Assembly: GCA_033763905.1 (NCBI GenBank)
Contig: JANRJP010000037.1
Location: 94,737-158,736 of the forward strand
DNA length: 64,000 bases
Reading direction: 5' to 3'
Source: Gemmatimonadaceae bacterium
GTDB taxonomy: Bacteria > Gemmatimonadota > Gemmatimonadetes > Gemmatimonadales > Gemmatimonadaceae
The position numbers were made by a program, and so were the translations under genes. Under the pieces are notes generated by a model. That model did not search any database. It was not told the origin of the DNA and saw nothing but the letters and a program-made list of their open reading frames with translations. This document shows, in pieces, positions 10,350 through 20,600 of the stretch. Positions within the stretch are counted from its first letter, which is position 1. Every line of letters begins with the position of its first letter.

Positions 10350-12079
10350 GGGACGCGCCCAACGCCGCGGCGGACATCACCTCGCGCTTTCTGTCGCACT
10401 TCTGGCACACGTGGCCCGTCACGGCCACCTTCGCCGGCCGGAGCGACTGGGACGCGCAGCTCCCCGACTGGTCTCCGGATGGCCTGAGCGCCGCCGCCGC
10501 GCAGTGGGCCGCACTCGCCGCAGACGCCCGACACGCGCGAGGACCGCAGGCCGTGCCCGCGCTGCACACGCCGGCGCCGACGTCGCGCAGCGAGGCCGAC
10601 CTGTTGTGTGTCGAGGCCGCCGCGATGTTGATGACCGAGGAGACCGCCACTCGCCACGGGCCCGGCGCCAATCCCGTCTACGCCACGGGTGAGATCGCGT
10701 TCGGCCTGTTGTCGGTGCTTGGACGCGATCCCGATGGCAGTCCCGCGCTCGCCGCCGACGCGGCCGCCGATGCCGCGGCGCGACTGCTTGGCGCTGGCGA
10801 GTTGCTCGAGGGTGTCCGCGAGAGCCTCGGCACGCGACCGGTTCCCACCACGTGGTTGGCGCGCGCGCGACGCGAGTGCGATGCGATCCACCGACTCCTC
10901 GATGAAGGAATTCCGGAATGGATCCGCGTCGCGCGGCCGGCCGACCCGTGGGGTGCCGCGCTGCGTAAAGCGAGCGCGGCGGCCAAGCCCGCCGTGCAGG
11001 CCTTTCGCCACTGGCTGGATACCGAGGTGCCGGTCGCGAGTAGCCGCACGACGATGGCGGGCGCCGACGCGATGGACCGTCGGTTACGGCTCGCGCATTG
11101 GGAGTCTCGCCCCTCCGACGTGCTGTTGAGCGAGGCGCGACGCCAGTTGGTGGATGCCGTGGCCGAATGGCGCGCGATGGCTGACGCGGCGTCGCCTGCG
11201 GGCTGGCCGGGCGTCCTCGACGCACTCCGGGCCGACGCACCGACGCGGGACCAGTATCTCCCGACGCTGCAGCGACGCTGGAACGCCGATCGGCAATTCG
11301 CCGCCGATCACGCACTCGTGACGTGGCCGGACGACCTGCCGGTGCAGTTCGCCGAGACCGACCGCTGGGCTCGAGTGGCCAGTGCCGATCTGTACTACCT
11401 GAACTACCGCTGTCCGCCTCCCTATCGCCGACGGGCGACGCATCGGCACCAAGTGCCGTTCTTGCCAGCGGACGACGCCGCAGCAACTGCGGTGCTGCAC
11501 ACGATGCACCGCGCCACGATCTCGTTGAATCACGTCATTCATCACGCGGGGCTGGGGCATCACGTGCAGAATTGGCACGCGGCGCGCTGCCCGTCGCCGA
11601 TCGGCCAGATGGCCGCCGTCGACGGCGCCACCAGGATTGCGCTTCCCCTTGGTGGTACCGTGGCCGAGGGTTGGGCCTGCTACGCGGTGGACCTGGTCGA
11701 CGAGTACGGTGGACTCGATGCCCTCGAACGGGTCGTGCAACAGCACACGAGGGTGCGCCTGCTGTGCCGTGCGGTGGCGGACCTCGCGCTACATACCGGC
11801 GAATGGACCAAGGCCGATGTCACGGCGCATTTCACGCGAGAGGCGGCGATGTCCCCGGAGGCCGCCTTCGGCGAGACGGTGCGAACGGCATTGTTTCCCG
11901 GTGCCGCCGTGATGTACTGGCTCGGCACCAGCGGCTTCCACGCGCTGCGGGCGCGCTACGCGGCCCGCTTTCCGTCTCTGCGCGCGTTTCACGATGCGGT
12001 CCTCTCGTACGGCGCGATTCCCGTCCCGATGATTGCCCAGTTGATGGCCCACGAGTCCCCCACCCCCACGCGCCGATGA
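10346..12079 (+). CDS. DUF885 family protein, no signal peptide
   Basis: P..ATFAG, HHAGLGHHVQ, EGWACYA, YWLG, FHDAVLSYGAIP; ATG 10346 overlaps upstream TGA. Confidence 0.75.
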   Translation: MRDAPNAAADITSRFLSHFWHTWPVTATFAGRSDWDAQLPDWSPDGLSAAAAQWAALAADARHARGPQAVPALHTPAPTSRSEADLLCVEAAAMLMTEETATRHGPGANPVYATGEIAFGLLSVLGRDPDGSPALAADAAADAAARLLGAGELLEGVRESLGTRPVPTTWLARARRECDAIHRLLDEGIPEWIRVARPADPWGAALRKASAAAKPAVQAFRHWLDTEVPVASSRTTMAGADAMDRRLRLAHWESRPSDVLLSEARRQLVDAVAEWRAMADAASPAGWPGVLDALRADAPTRDQYLPTLQRRWNADRQFAADHALVTWPDDLPVQFAETDRWARVASADLYYLNYRCPPPYRRRATHRHQVPFLPADDAAATAVLHTMHRATISLNHVIHHAGLGHHVQNWHAARCPSPIGQMAAVDGATRIALPLGGTVAEGWACYAVDLVDEYGGLDALERVVQQHTRVRLLCRAVADLALHTGEWTKADVTAHFTREAAMSPEAAFGETVRTALFPGAAVMYWLGTSGFHALRARYAARFPSLRAFHDAVLSYGAIPVPMIAQLMAHESPTPTRR

Positions 12080-13665
12080 TCTCCCGCCCCTTGCTCGTGG
12101 GTCTCGCGTTGCTGCTGGCCTGCGGCGGAACCGCAGAGCGGCGGTCAGGCGCCAGCCCGACGTTGCTCGTGATCGGGTACGACCGCGAGCCCGACACGAT
12201 GAACCGGTTCTCGACGCACATCCTTGAGGACATTCAGAGCTGCATCGTCGAGCCGCTGGTGGTGGCCGATGATTCGATGCGCCTGGTGCCGGTGCTCGCC
12301 CGCGAGGTCCCGACGCTCGACAATGGCGGCGTCGTGCTTCGGCCGGACGGCGGGATGGACGTCATCTGGCGGCTGCGCGACAGCATCCGTTGGCACGACG
12401 GAACACCGTTCACGTCAGCCGATCTGGCCTTCACGGTCGCCGCGATCAACAGCCCCGACTGGAATCCCGAAAGCACCGACGGGTTCGATCGCATTGCGTC
12501 CGTCGACACGCCGGACGCGCTGACCGCTGTGCTCCACTACCGCACGAGGTACGCGCCCTACGCGCTGCAGTTCGTCCGCGGCGCGCTGCCCAAACATCTG
12601 CTGGAGGGACAGGACATCGAGCGGCACGCCTACGCGCGCAATCCGCTGGGCACGGGCCCCTACCGCCTGGCGGAGTGGAAAACCGGGGAGTACATCCTGC
12701 TCGAGCGCGTCCCCACGTACTGGCGCGGAACCCCCGCGATCGAGCGGCTGCAGTTCCGTTTCATTCCGAACGCCAACACACGGGTCGCTCAGCTTGCCGC
12801 TGGGGAGGTGCATCTGGTGCCCTTCCTCCCGTGGGATCTGCACCGCGATGTCGCGCGGATCCCCGGCGTGACGGTGCACCGCACCCTTGGCAACGGGTAT
12901 GAGCACGTCACACTGAATCAGCGGCGCGTCTCGGCCTTCCGCGAGGTGCAGGTGCGGCGGGCGCTCTGGCACGCGATCGACCGCGAGCTGCTGGTTCGCA
13001 CCGTGCTCGACTCGCTGGCACCGGTCGTCAATGGCGCCATTCAGCCAATGTCGTGGGCGTGGACCGATGCGGTGCGACAGTACCCCTTCGATCCCTCGCG
13101 GGCGCGGGCCCTCCTCGACAGCGCGGGCTGGCGCGACGCGAACGGCGACGGCATTCGTGAGCGCAACGGCGCACCACTCCGCTTCTCGCTGATGACCTCG
13201 GCGGGCTTCGTAACGCGCGAGCAGGTCGCGCAGGCGTTGCAACGGCAGTGGCGGGATGTCGGCGTCGACGCGCAGATCGAACTCGTCGACGGCACCGCGA
13301 TCAGCAGCCGCTGGTTCGCGGGAGACTTCGATGCGTTCCTGCACTGGTGGCAAATGCCTGCCGACCCGGAGATCACGCTGTTTTTTGCGCGCGATCGCAC
13401 GCCGCCGGCGGGGCGCAACATCAACTATCTCGATGACGCTGCGCTGACCACCCTGCTCTACCGCAGCGACGTCGAAATCGACCAGACCAAGCGACGCGCC
13501 CTGCTCGTGAAAGCGCAGCAACGTCTCGCCGACCTGGCGCCGGAAATTCCCCTCTACAACACCACCAAGCTCGACGTGATCCCGTCCACATTGCGCGGCT
13601 TCCGTGGCAATCCGACGAACTCGGGTCCGTTCTGGAACGTCCACACCTGGACGATCGCCCCCTGA
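12076..13665 (+). CDS. Peptide/nickel-type ABC transporter substrate-binding lipoprotein (family 5)
   Basis: Lipobox LLLAC; LRDSIRWHDGTPFTSAD, GTGPY, AGW.D.NGDGIRE; ATG 12076. Confidence 0.9.
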   Translation: MISRPLLVGLALLLACGGTAERRSGASPTLLVIGYDREPDTMNRFSTHILEDIQSCIVEPLVVADDSMRLVPVLAREVPTLDNGGVVLRPDGGMDVIWRLRDSIRWHDGTPFTSADLAFTVAAINSPDWNPESTDGFDRIASVDTPDALTAVLHYRTRYAPYALQFVRGALPKHLLEGQDIERHAYARNPLGTGPYRLAEWKTGEYILLERVPTYWRGTPAIERLQFRFIPNANTRVAQLAAGEVHLVPFLPWDLHRDVARIPGVTVHRTLGNGYEHVTLNQRRVSAFREVQVRRALWHAIDRELLVRTVLDSLAPVVNGAIQPMSWAWTDAVRQYPFDPSRARALLDSAGWRDANGDGIRERNGAPLRFSLMTSAGFVTREQVAQALQRQWRDVGVDAQIELVDGTAISSRWFAGDFDAFLHWWQMPADPEITLFFARDRTPPAGRNINYLDDAALTTLLYRSDVEIDQTKRRALLVKAQQRLADLAPEIPLYNTTKLDVIPSTLRGFRGNPTNSGPFWNVHTWTIAP

Positions 13666-13676
13666 GCGACCGCTCG

Positions 13677-14621
13677 ATGTCGTCCCTGCTGACCCGACGC
13701 CTGCTGCAGGCCGTGCCGATGCTGCTCCTGGTGTCGGTCGTCGCGTTCGCACTGATGCACGCCGCCCCGGGCGGCCCGCTCGAGCTGTACCTCGCGAATC
13801 CGAACGTGCGGCCCGAGGACATCGCCCGCTTGCGCGCGTCACTGGGGCTGGATCTGCCCTTGCCGCAGCAGTACGTGGCGTGGCTACGCGGAGTCCTCAG
13901 CGGCAATTGGGGCTACTCGATCGCCGATGGACGGCCGGTGGCTGCCCGCATTCTCGAGCGCATCCCCGCCACGCTCGAACTGATCGGGCTCGGGCTCACC
14001 TTATCGTTGGGCGCAGCGGTCGCGCTTGGGGTCGTCGGCGGACGCGGCGCGCCGCGCTGGGCGGCGCGCGTGTCCGACCTGTGCTGCGCGGCGGGCATTT
14101 CCGTGCCGGTCTTTTGGCTTGGCGTCGCGGCGCAGTTGGTGTTTGCCGTGCACCTCGGCTGGCTGCCTGCGGCGGGGCGCAGCTCACTTGGCGACGGGTC
14201 CTGGCCCGACCGGCTGCTGCACCTGGTGTTGCCGGCCTGCGTGCTGGCCGTTGCCCACGCCGCGGCGTGGGGACGCTACTTGCGCGCGGGCGTGCGTGCC
14301 TCCCTCGGCCAACCGTTCGTGCGCGCAGCCCGCGCGCGCGGATTGTCGGCGGCGCGCGTGCTCTGGCGGCACGCGGTCCGCGCCTCGCTTGGGCCCGCGC
14401 TCACCGTCGCCATTCTTGATGCGGCGCTGCTGTTGTCGGGCGCGGTGGTGACCGAAAGCGTGTTCGCGTGGCCCGGGCTGGGTTCACTATTCACGGACGC
14501 GCTGGCGAGACGCGACTATCCCGTGCTGATGGCGCTGCTGATGCTGTCGTCGGCGCTGGTCATCACGGCCAACCTGGTCGCGGACCTCGTGCACCGGAGG
14601 ATCGATCCGCGCACGCGCTGA
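13677..14621 (+). CDS. ABC transporter permease (DppB/OppB-like)
   Basis: APGGP, GLDLPLPQQY, ARARGL EAA-like loop, TESVFAWPGLG, RDYP. Confidence 0.9.
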   Translation: MSSLLTRRLLQAVPMLLLVSVVAFALMHAAPGGPLELYLANPNVRPEDIARLRASLGLDLPLPQQYVAWLRGVLSGNWGYSIADGRPVAARILERIPATLELIGLGLTLSLGAAVALGVVGGRGAPRWAARVSDLCCAAGISVPVFWLGVAAQLVFAVHLGWLPAAGRSSLGDGSWPDRLLHLVLPACVLAVAHAAAWGRYLRAGVRASLGQPFVRAARARGLSAARVLWRHAVRASLGPALTVAILDAALLLSGAVVTESVFAWPGLGSLFTDALARRDYPVLMALLMLSSALVITANLVADLVHRRIDPRTR

Positions 14622-15438
14622 CTCCGCGACGGGAGCGCGCCGCAGGACGCCCGCGCTTCCCGCGACGGCGCTTGCCGTCCTCGGCATCGCCGCGCTCGCG
14701 GCACCGCTCCTCGCGCCCTATGCGCCGGATGCGATCGACCTCGCCGCTCGACGGATGCCGCCGTCCGCCGCGCATTGGTTCGGCACCGATGACCTCGGCC
14801 GCGACCTGCTGACGCGTGCGCTGTTCGGCGCGCGACTGTCGCTGCTGATCGGCGTGCTCGCGGCACTGATCAGCACCGGCATCGGCGTCCCGCTTGGCGC
14901 GATCGCCGGGTGGGCCGGCGGATGGACGGACGACGCGTTGATGCGCCTCACCGACGCCTTGCTCGCGATCCCTCGACTGCCGCTGCTGATGATCGCGGCC
15001 GCCTTGCTCAAGCCTGATGTCGCTGGCCTCATCCTGCTGGTCGGTGTGGCCGGCTGGATGGAGACCGCCCGCGTGGTTCGCGCCGAGGTCCAGAGCGTGT
15101 CCGCCCGCCCGTTCGTCGAAGCGGCGCGCGCTAGCGGGGCGACAGTCGGTCGTACGCTACGCCGGCACGTGCTCCCCAACGCGCTGCCCGCGATTGCGGT
15201 CGCGCTGACGTTGGCCGTGGCGCGCGCAATGCTGCTGGAAAGTGCACTCAGTTTCTTCGGTGTCGGGGTGCAGCCACCGGTGGCGAGCTGGGGCAGTATG
15301 CTGTACCAGGCGCAGGGGGCCCTCACCCGAGATCCCTGGCTCGCGGTGGTACCCGGGATGGCGATCTTCTGTACGGTGCTGTGCGTCAACCTGATCGGCG
15401 ACCGCTTGGGCGCCGACCATCGACTGGAGACATCGTGA
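14605..15438 (+). CDS. ABC transporter permease (DppC/OppC-like); start uncertain
   Basis: APLLAPYAPD...PPSAAHWFGTDDLGRD, FVEAARASGA, RHVLPN, ESALSFFG; first ATG at 14755 but homologous-looking sequence extends upstream in frame. Confidence 0.85.
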   Translation: MRARADSATGARRRTPALPATALAVLGIAALAAPLLAPYAPDAIDLAARRMPPSAAHWFGTDDLGRDLLTRALFGARLSLLIGVLAALISTGIGVPLGAIAGWAGGWTDDALMRLTDALLAIPRLPLLMIAAALLKPDVAGLILLVGVAGWMETARVVRAEVQSVSARPFVEAARASGATVGRTLRRHVLPNALPAIAVALTLAVARAMLLESALSFFGVGVQPPVASWGSMLYQAQGALTRDPWLAVVPGMAIFCTVLCVNLIGDRLGADHRLETS

Positions 15439-17180
15439 TGCCCACTCGGGCTGTTCGTGCGACACGACACCTGCTGGTGTGCGCGTTGTGGATCGCATGG
15501 TCGTCCACGCTGCGCGCCCAGCCGATCCCCCGCTTTTCACAGTTTGTCGATGCGTGGCTCGACCGCTTCGCGTACGCGCACCCGTCCATCGCGGCGGGCA
15601 ACGGCCTGCATCAGGCGGATAGCACGCTCGAGGACTTTTCCGCCTGGGCGATCACGCGCGAAGTGGCGGCACTCCGGAAGGATCTCCGCCTCCTGGCGCG
15701 CTATCGCGACGCAGACCTGACGCCGGACGAGCGGGTGGATCGTCGCATCTTGACCGGGATCATCGACGGCTGGATCCTCGATCACGAGACGGTCCAGACG
15801 TGGCGGCGCAATCCGATGGTGTACGCGGCCGCCGTGAGCGACGGGATCCACGATCTGATGATCAAGGCCTCCGCACCGGCGCCCGCGCGTATGCGCGCCG
15901 CGCGGCGCAAGTTGTCGCGCGTTCCTGCCCTGCTTCGCGCCGCGCGTGCCAATCTGCGCAACCCGCCGGCCATCTTTGCTCGGCGAGGCGCCGATATGTT
16001 CGCCGGCGCCGCCGCAATGCTCCGCACCGATCTCGCGCTCGCGTTCCCGGCGCCCAGCGCCGAGCGCACGGCGTTGCTCGCGGTCGCCGATACGATGGCC
16101 CCACTCTTGGCCGCCTACGCCGACGAGCTCCGTGTGCTGGCCACCACCGCGACCGGCGACTGGCGGGTCGGGGCCGAGGCGGTGCGGCTGCGATACGTCA
16201 GTGAAGAACTGCTCGATGTGCCGCTCGACACCCTGTTGATGCTCGGGACGCGCGAACTGCGGATCAACCAGCAGCGGTTCGCCGACGCGGCGCGTCGCAT
16301 CGATTCGACGGCCGCCCCGTTGGCGGTGTGGGCGACACTCGTCCGGCAGCACCCGGCCACCGGAGGCCTGGTGGACGCGGCCGCGCGCTCCGTGGATTCC
16401 CTCGCAGCCTTCGTTCGCACGTCCGGCCTCGTCACCCTGCCGACCGGCACCGCGCCGCGCATCGAAGCGGCCAAACCGTTCGCCATCGGCTTCGCCTCGA
16501 TGCACGCGGCACCGCCGCTCGAAGTGCATCCGGTGGAGTCGTACTACTACATCACCGACGCCAATCCGGCGTGGGACGCGGCTCGACAAGCCGCGTGGCT
16601 GGAACGGTTCAACTACTACTCGCTGACGAACACCAGTGCGCACGAAGTGATGCCCGGCCACTGGGTGCACGCGATGTATATGCGGCAGACCCCGGGCAAG
16701 ATCCGGCGCATCTGGATCGGCCTCAACCCGTTCCCGCAGCCGTCGAGTGGTCAGGACGGCTGGGCGCACTACGCCGAGCAGCTGGTTGTGGATGCCGGCT
16801 ACGCGGGCGGCGATCCCCGGTACGTGATGGCGCAGGCCTCGGATGCCCTCACACGCATTGTGCGAATGATCGCTGGCATCCGGATGCACCGGGGCGAGTG
16901 GTCCATCGCCGACGCCCAGGCCGCCTTCGAGCGCGAGGCATATGTGCCGGCAGCGGCGGCGCTTCGGGAGGCTGAGCGCAGCACCTACGATCCAACCAAC
17001 GGCGGGTACTTCCTGGGCAAGCTCGCGTTGCTCACCCTCCGGGACAACGTCCGAGCGCGCGATGGCGACCGCTTCGATCTCCGCGCATTTCACGAGCGGC
17101 TGTTACGGCACGGGATTGCGCCGTGGTGGGCGCACCGCGCGCTGCTGCTACCCGGCGACCGCCGCCCGGTGCTGCGCTAA
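15438..17180 (+). CDS. DUF885 family protein with N-terminal signal peptide
   Basis: Basic/hydrophobic leader ending LRAQ; HEVMPGHWVH, DGWAHYAE, YFLGKL, FDLRAFHERLL; GGAG SD. Confidence 0.8.
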   Translation: MPTRAVRATRHLLVCALWIAWSSTLRAQPIPRFSQFVDAWLDRFAYAHPSIAAGNGLHQADSTLEDFSAWAITREVAALRKDLRLLARYRDADLTPDERVDRRILTGIIDGWILDHETVQTWRRNPMVYAAAVSDGIHDLMIKASAPAPARMRAARRKLSRVPALLRAARANLRNPPAIFARRGADMFAGAAAMLRTDLALAFPAPSAERTALLAVADTMAPLLAAYADELRVLATTATGDWRVGAEAVRLRYVSEELLDVPLDTLLMLGTRELRINQQRFADAARRIDSTAAPLAVWATLVRQHPATGGLVDAAARSVDSLAAFVRTSGLVTLPTGTAPRIEAAKPFAIGFASMHAAPPLEVHPVESYYYITDANPAWDAARQAAWLERFNYYSLTNTSAHEVMPGHWVHAMYMRQTPGKIRRIWIGLNPFPQPSSGQDGWAHYAEQLVVDAGYAGGDPRYVMAQASDALTRIVRMIAGIRMHRGEWSIADAQAAFEREAYVPAAAALREAERSTYDPTNGGYFLGKLALLTLRDNVRARDGDRFDLRAFHERLLRHGIAPWWAHRALLLPGDRRPVLR

Positions 17181-17192
17181 CGCTCGATCCGC

Positions 17193-17654
17193 TCAGTGCT
17201 TCGCGAAGGTTTGCACCTTACCGCCTCGGCTCCACGCGACCACGTCGTACGGGACGCGCGGGTCGCCGGCGCGATACATCCCCGGCGATGACTGCGGCAT
17301 CCCGGGCGCGCTGAGTCCGAGGATCGGCGGCTTTGTCGCCAACATCTTCCGGATATCTTCGGCTGGGACGTGGCCTTCGATCACGTAGTTGCTTACCACG
17401 GCCGTGTGACACGACCAGACGGACGAGGGCACCCCCATCGTCATCTTGAGCTCCGACATCTGCTCGTCCGTCTGGTCCACTACCTTCGCCGCAAAACCCA
17501 GCGGCTTGAGGTAGGCGATCCAGTCCTTGCAACACCCGCAGGTGGGGGACTTGTAGATCGTGATCGGCGTCGGCGCAGCGCCGAGCGCGGGCAAGCGGCG
17601 CGTCATCAGCGCGACGGCCGCGAGTGCGATGAACGAACGACGGGAGGTGGTCAT
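17193..17654 (-). CDS. DUF411 family putative metal-binding protein with Tat-like signal
   Basis: SRRSFI leader; YKSPTCGCC..W, SCHTA, YVIEGHVPA, GLSAPGMP..SPGM. Confidence 0.85.
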   Translation of the reverse strand: MTTSRRSFIALAAVALMTRRLPALGAAPTPITIYKSPTCGCCKDWIAYLKPLGFAAKVVDQTDEQMSELKMTMGVPSSVWSCHTAVVSNYVIEGHVPAEDIRKMLATKPPILGLSAPGMPQSSPGMYRAGDPRVPYDVVAWSRGGKVQTFAKH

Positions 17655-20600
17655 TACCGGAGCGCCTCGGCGCGACGAGCCAACACCGTGAGTTCCTTCG
17701 AGAGCGTCGCGAACCGTTCGCCGGCGTCTCGACCAGGCCGCTGGTCGGCCTGTACCAACATACCGTACAAGTACTGCAGCTGTGCCGTCAACATCGGCTG
17801 CTGGTACCGCCCGGGGGCGGTCTCGAGGGCCGCGAGCAGCACCGTGGCCGCCGCGACGCCGGCGGTGTCGTTCGCCGCGCGTCGGGCGTCCCGCGTGGCA
17901 CGCAAGGTACCGGTCAGTTGGCGCGCGGCGCTCACCGCGTCGCGCACTCGCAGAGCCAGGGTCTCCTGCTCCCGCAGGTCCGACGTGCGAATGCCAACGG
18001 CCGTCGCGCGCGGATCCACGCGCACATCCAGACGTGTGCGAAGCACGGTACCGTCCACCTTAAGCTCGATCGCGTACCGCCCAGGTCCGACCATCGGGCC
18101 ACCACGTTCCGACGGCGCGCCGCTTTCGTCCGTTGCACCGTAGTGGGTCAGATCCCAGCGGACGCGGTGAATGCCGGCGGCCAACGGCAGCGTCGGGGCC
18201 CCCGGACGTGCCGGCGGTGGCGGACGGTGCATCGCCGACTGCGCATCGCGTGCGCCGGAATCGGGCACGCCAGCCGTGAACTGTCGCACGAGCCGACCCG
18301 CCGAGTCGCGAATGGTCAGCGCCAACGACCGCGCGGCCGACGGCAGGCGATAGGTCAGCGTGGCACCAACGGGAGGCATCTCGGGGTACGCCGGTTCCAG
18401 CGGGTACCGATCGTACCGCCAGCGAATCGCCTCGCGCGGTGCGAACAACGTCGGCGCATCCGCAAGCGTGGCAGCGGATACTTCACGGAGCGGCGTGATG
18501 TCGTCGAGAATCCAGTGCCCGCGCCCTTGGGTGGAGATCACGAGATCGTGGCGATGCACCACGAGGTCGGTGATCGGTACCACCGGGAGATTCAACTGGA
18601 ACGGGCGCCACGTGGCGCCGTCGTTGAACGACACGAAGAATCCGAATTCCGTGCCTGCATACAACAGGCCGGGTCGTTGCGGATCCTCACGAATCACACG
18701 CGTCGGATGGTCGGCGGGAATGCCGTTCGTGATGCGGCGCCACGTCCGCCCGTAGTCGTTGGTGGCGTAGAGATACGGGGTGTAATCCCCGAGGAGGTGG
18801 CGCAGGACCGCGACATACGCCGCGCCGTTCCGGTGCGGCGACAGGGCGATCGTCTGCACGCGTCCGCCCGGCGGAAGATCGGGGGGCGTCACGCGCGTCC
18901 ACGAACGGCCGTCGTCGCGAGTGACCGAAATCGGCCCGTCGTTCGCGCCTGCCCAGATCACGCCGCGCTCCCGCGGCGACTCCGCGACGGCGTAGAGAGC
19001 CGAGTAGAACTCTTCGCCGGTGACGTCACGGGTGATCGGCGTCCCCGAGACCCCCTGCGTCTTCGGATCGAAGGCGGTCAGGTCGGGCGAAATGCGCTCC
19101 CACGTGCGCCCCTCATCGCGCGTGCGGTGCACGTACTGCGAGGCGTAGTACACCGTCTGGGGCTCGTGCGGCGAGACCACTAGCGGGCTCACCCGTTGGA
19201 ACCGATACACGAGATCCTTCGGATCGTGTCCGTACAGCGACTGCGCGCCGATCCAGTAGGCTTGTTCCTGCCCGGTGCGTCGATCGAAACGAGAGAACTG
19301 CCCTTTGCACGCGGTGAAGATGACGTCGGGATTCTTCGGGCTCGGAACGACCGGCCCGGTCTCGCAGCCGCCGACTGGTGCCCATTGCATCAGCGGATCG
19401 TCAGGCGCAGCGGCCGTCAGCGGCAACGACGGGATGACGTGCGTTGCCGACTGGTCCTGCTGCGCCCCGTAGATGCGATATGGCCACTGGTCGTCCACGG
19501 CCACTTGATAGATCTCAGCCGTCGGCTGGTTGTACTGCGTGGTCCACGTGTCGCCACCATTGAACGAGACGGCCGCGCCGCCGTCGTTCGACCCGATCAT
19601 CAGGCGCGAGTTGCGCGGATGAATCCACAGATCGTGGTTGTCGCCGTGCGGCGTCGGTCGCACGCGGAAGGTCTTGCCGCCGTCGGTGCTGCGAAAGAAC
19701 GACTCGTTCGAGACATAGACGACGTCGGCGCTCTGCGGGTCGGCATCGACGTTGGTGTAGTAGAACGGACGATTGAGCAGCCCATTCTGCGTGCTGACCA
19801 GCGACCACGTGAGACCGGCGTCATCGCTCCGCCAGAGCCCCTGCCCCGGCTGCGCCTCGAGCAGCAAGTACACCCGATTCGGCTGCGCCGAGGACACGGC
19901 GAGGTCTCCTTTGCCCCAGAGTCCTGTGGGGAGTCCGCCGCCCAGCTTCGCCCACGTCGCGCCACCATCGATGCTCTTGTACACACCGCCTTCAGTCGCG
20001 CCCGAGATGATCGTCCACGGCTTGCGCTCGCCGCGCCACATCACGGCGTAGATGGTATTGGGATCGTCGGGCTTGAGCTCCAGATCGACCGCCCCGGTGG
20101 AGTCACTCACGAAGAGCGACTTCGTCCACGTTGCCCCGCCGTCGGTGGTGCGAAAGACACCACGGGTCGGTGTCGGCTTGAAGGGATCGCCAATCGCGGC
20201 GACCCACGCGACGTCCGGACGCGTCGGATGCACGACCAGCGCGCCGATCTGTCCCGCGTCGCGCAGTCCGGCGAAGGTCCACGACGCGCCGCCATCGCGA
20301 CTCCGGTACACGCCGCACCCGATCGAAACGTTGGACCGGATGCCGTCGCTGCCCGTCCCGGCCCAGATGACCGTCGGATCGCTATCCGACACATCGAGCG
20401 CGCCCATCGACGCGCAGGCGAACGCCCCGTCGCTGACGTTCTTCCACGTGAGGCCAGCATCGGTGGTCTTCCACACCCCACCACCGGTCGAACCGAAGAA
20501 GAACGTCGTGGGGTCCTGCACCACGCCGGTTACTGTGGTCACGCGACCGCCGCGGACGGGGCCCACGTGACGCCAGCGCAACGCGCCGCGCATCGCCGAG

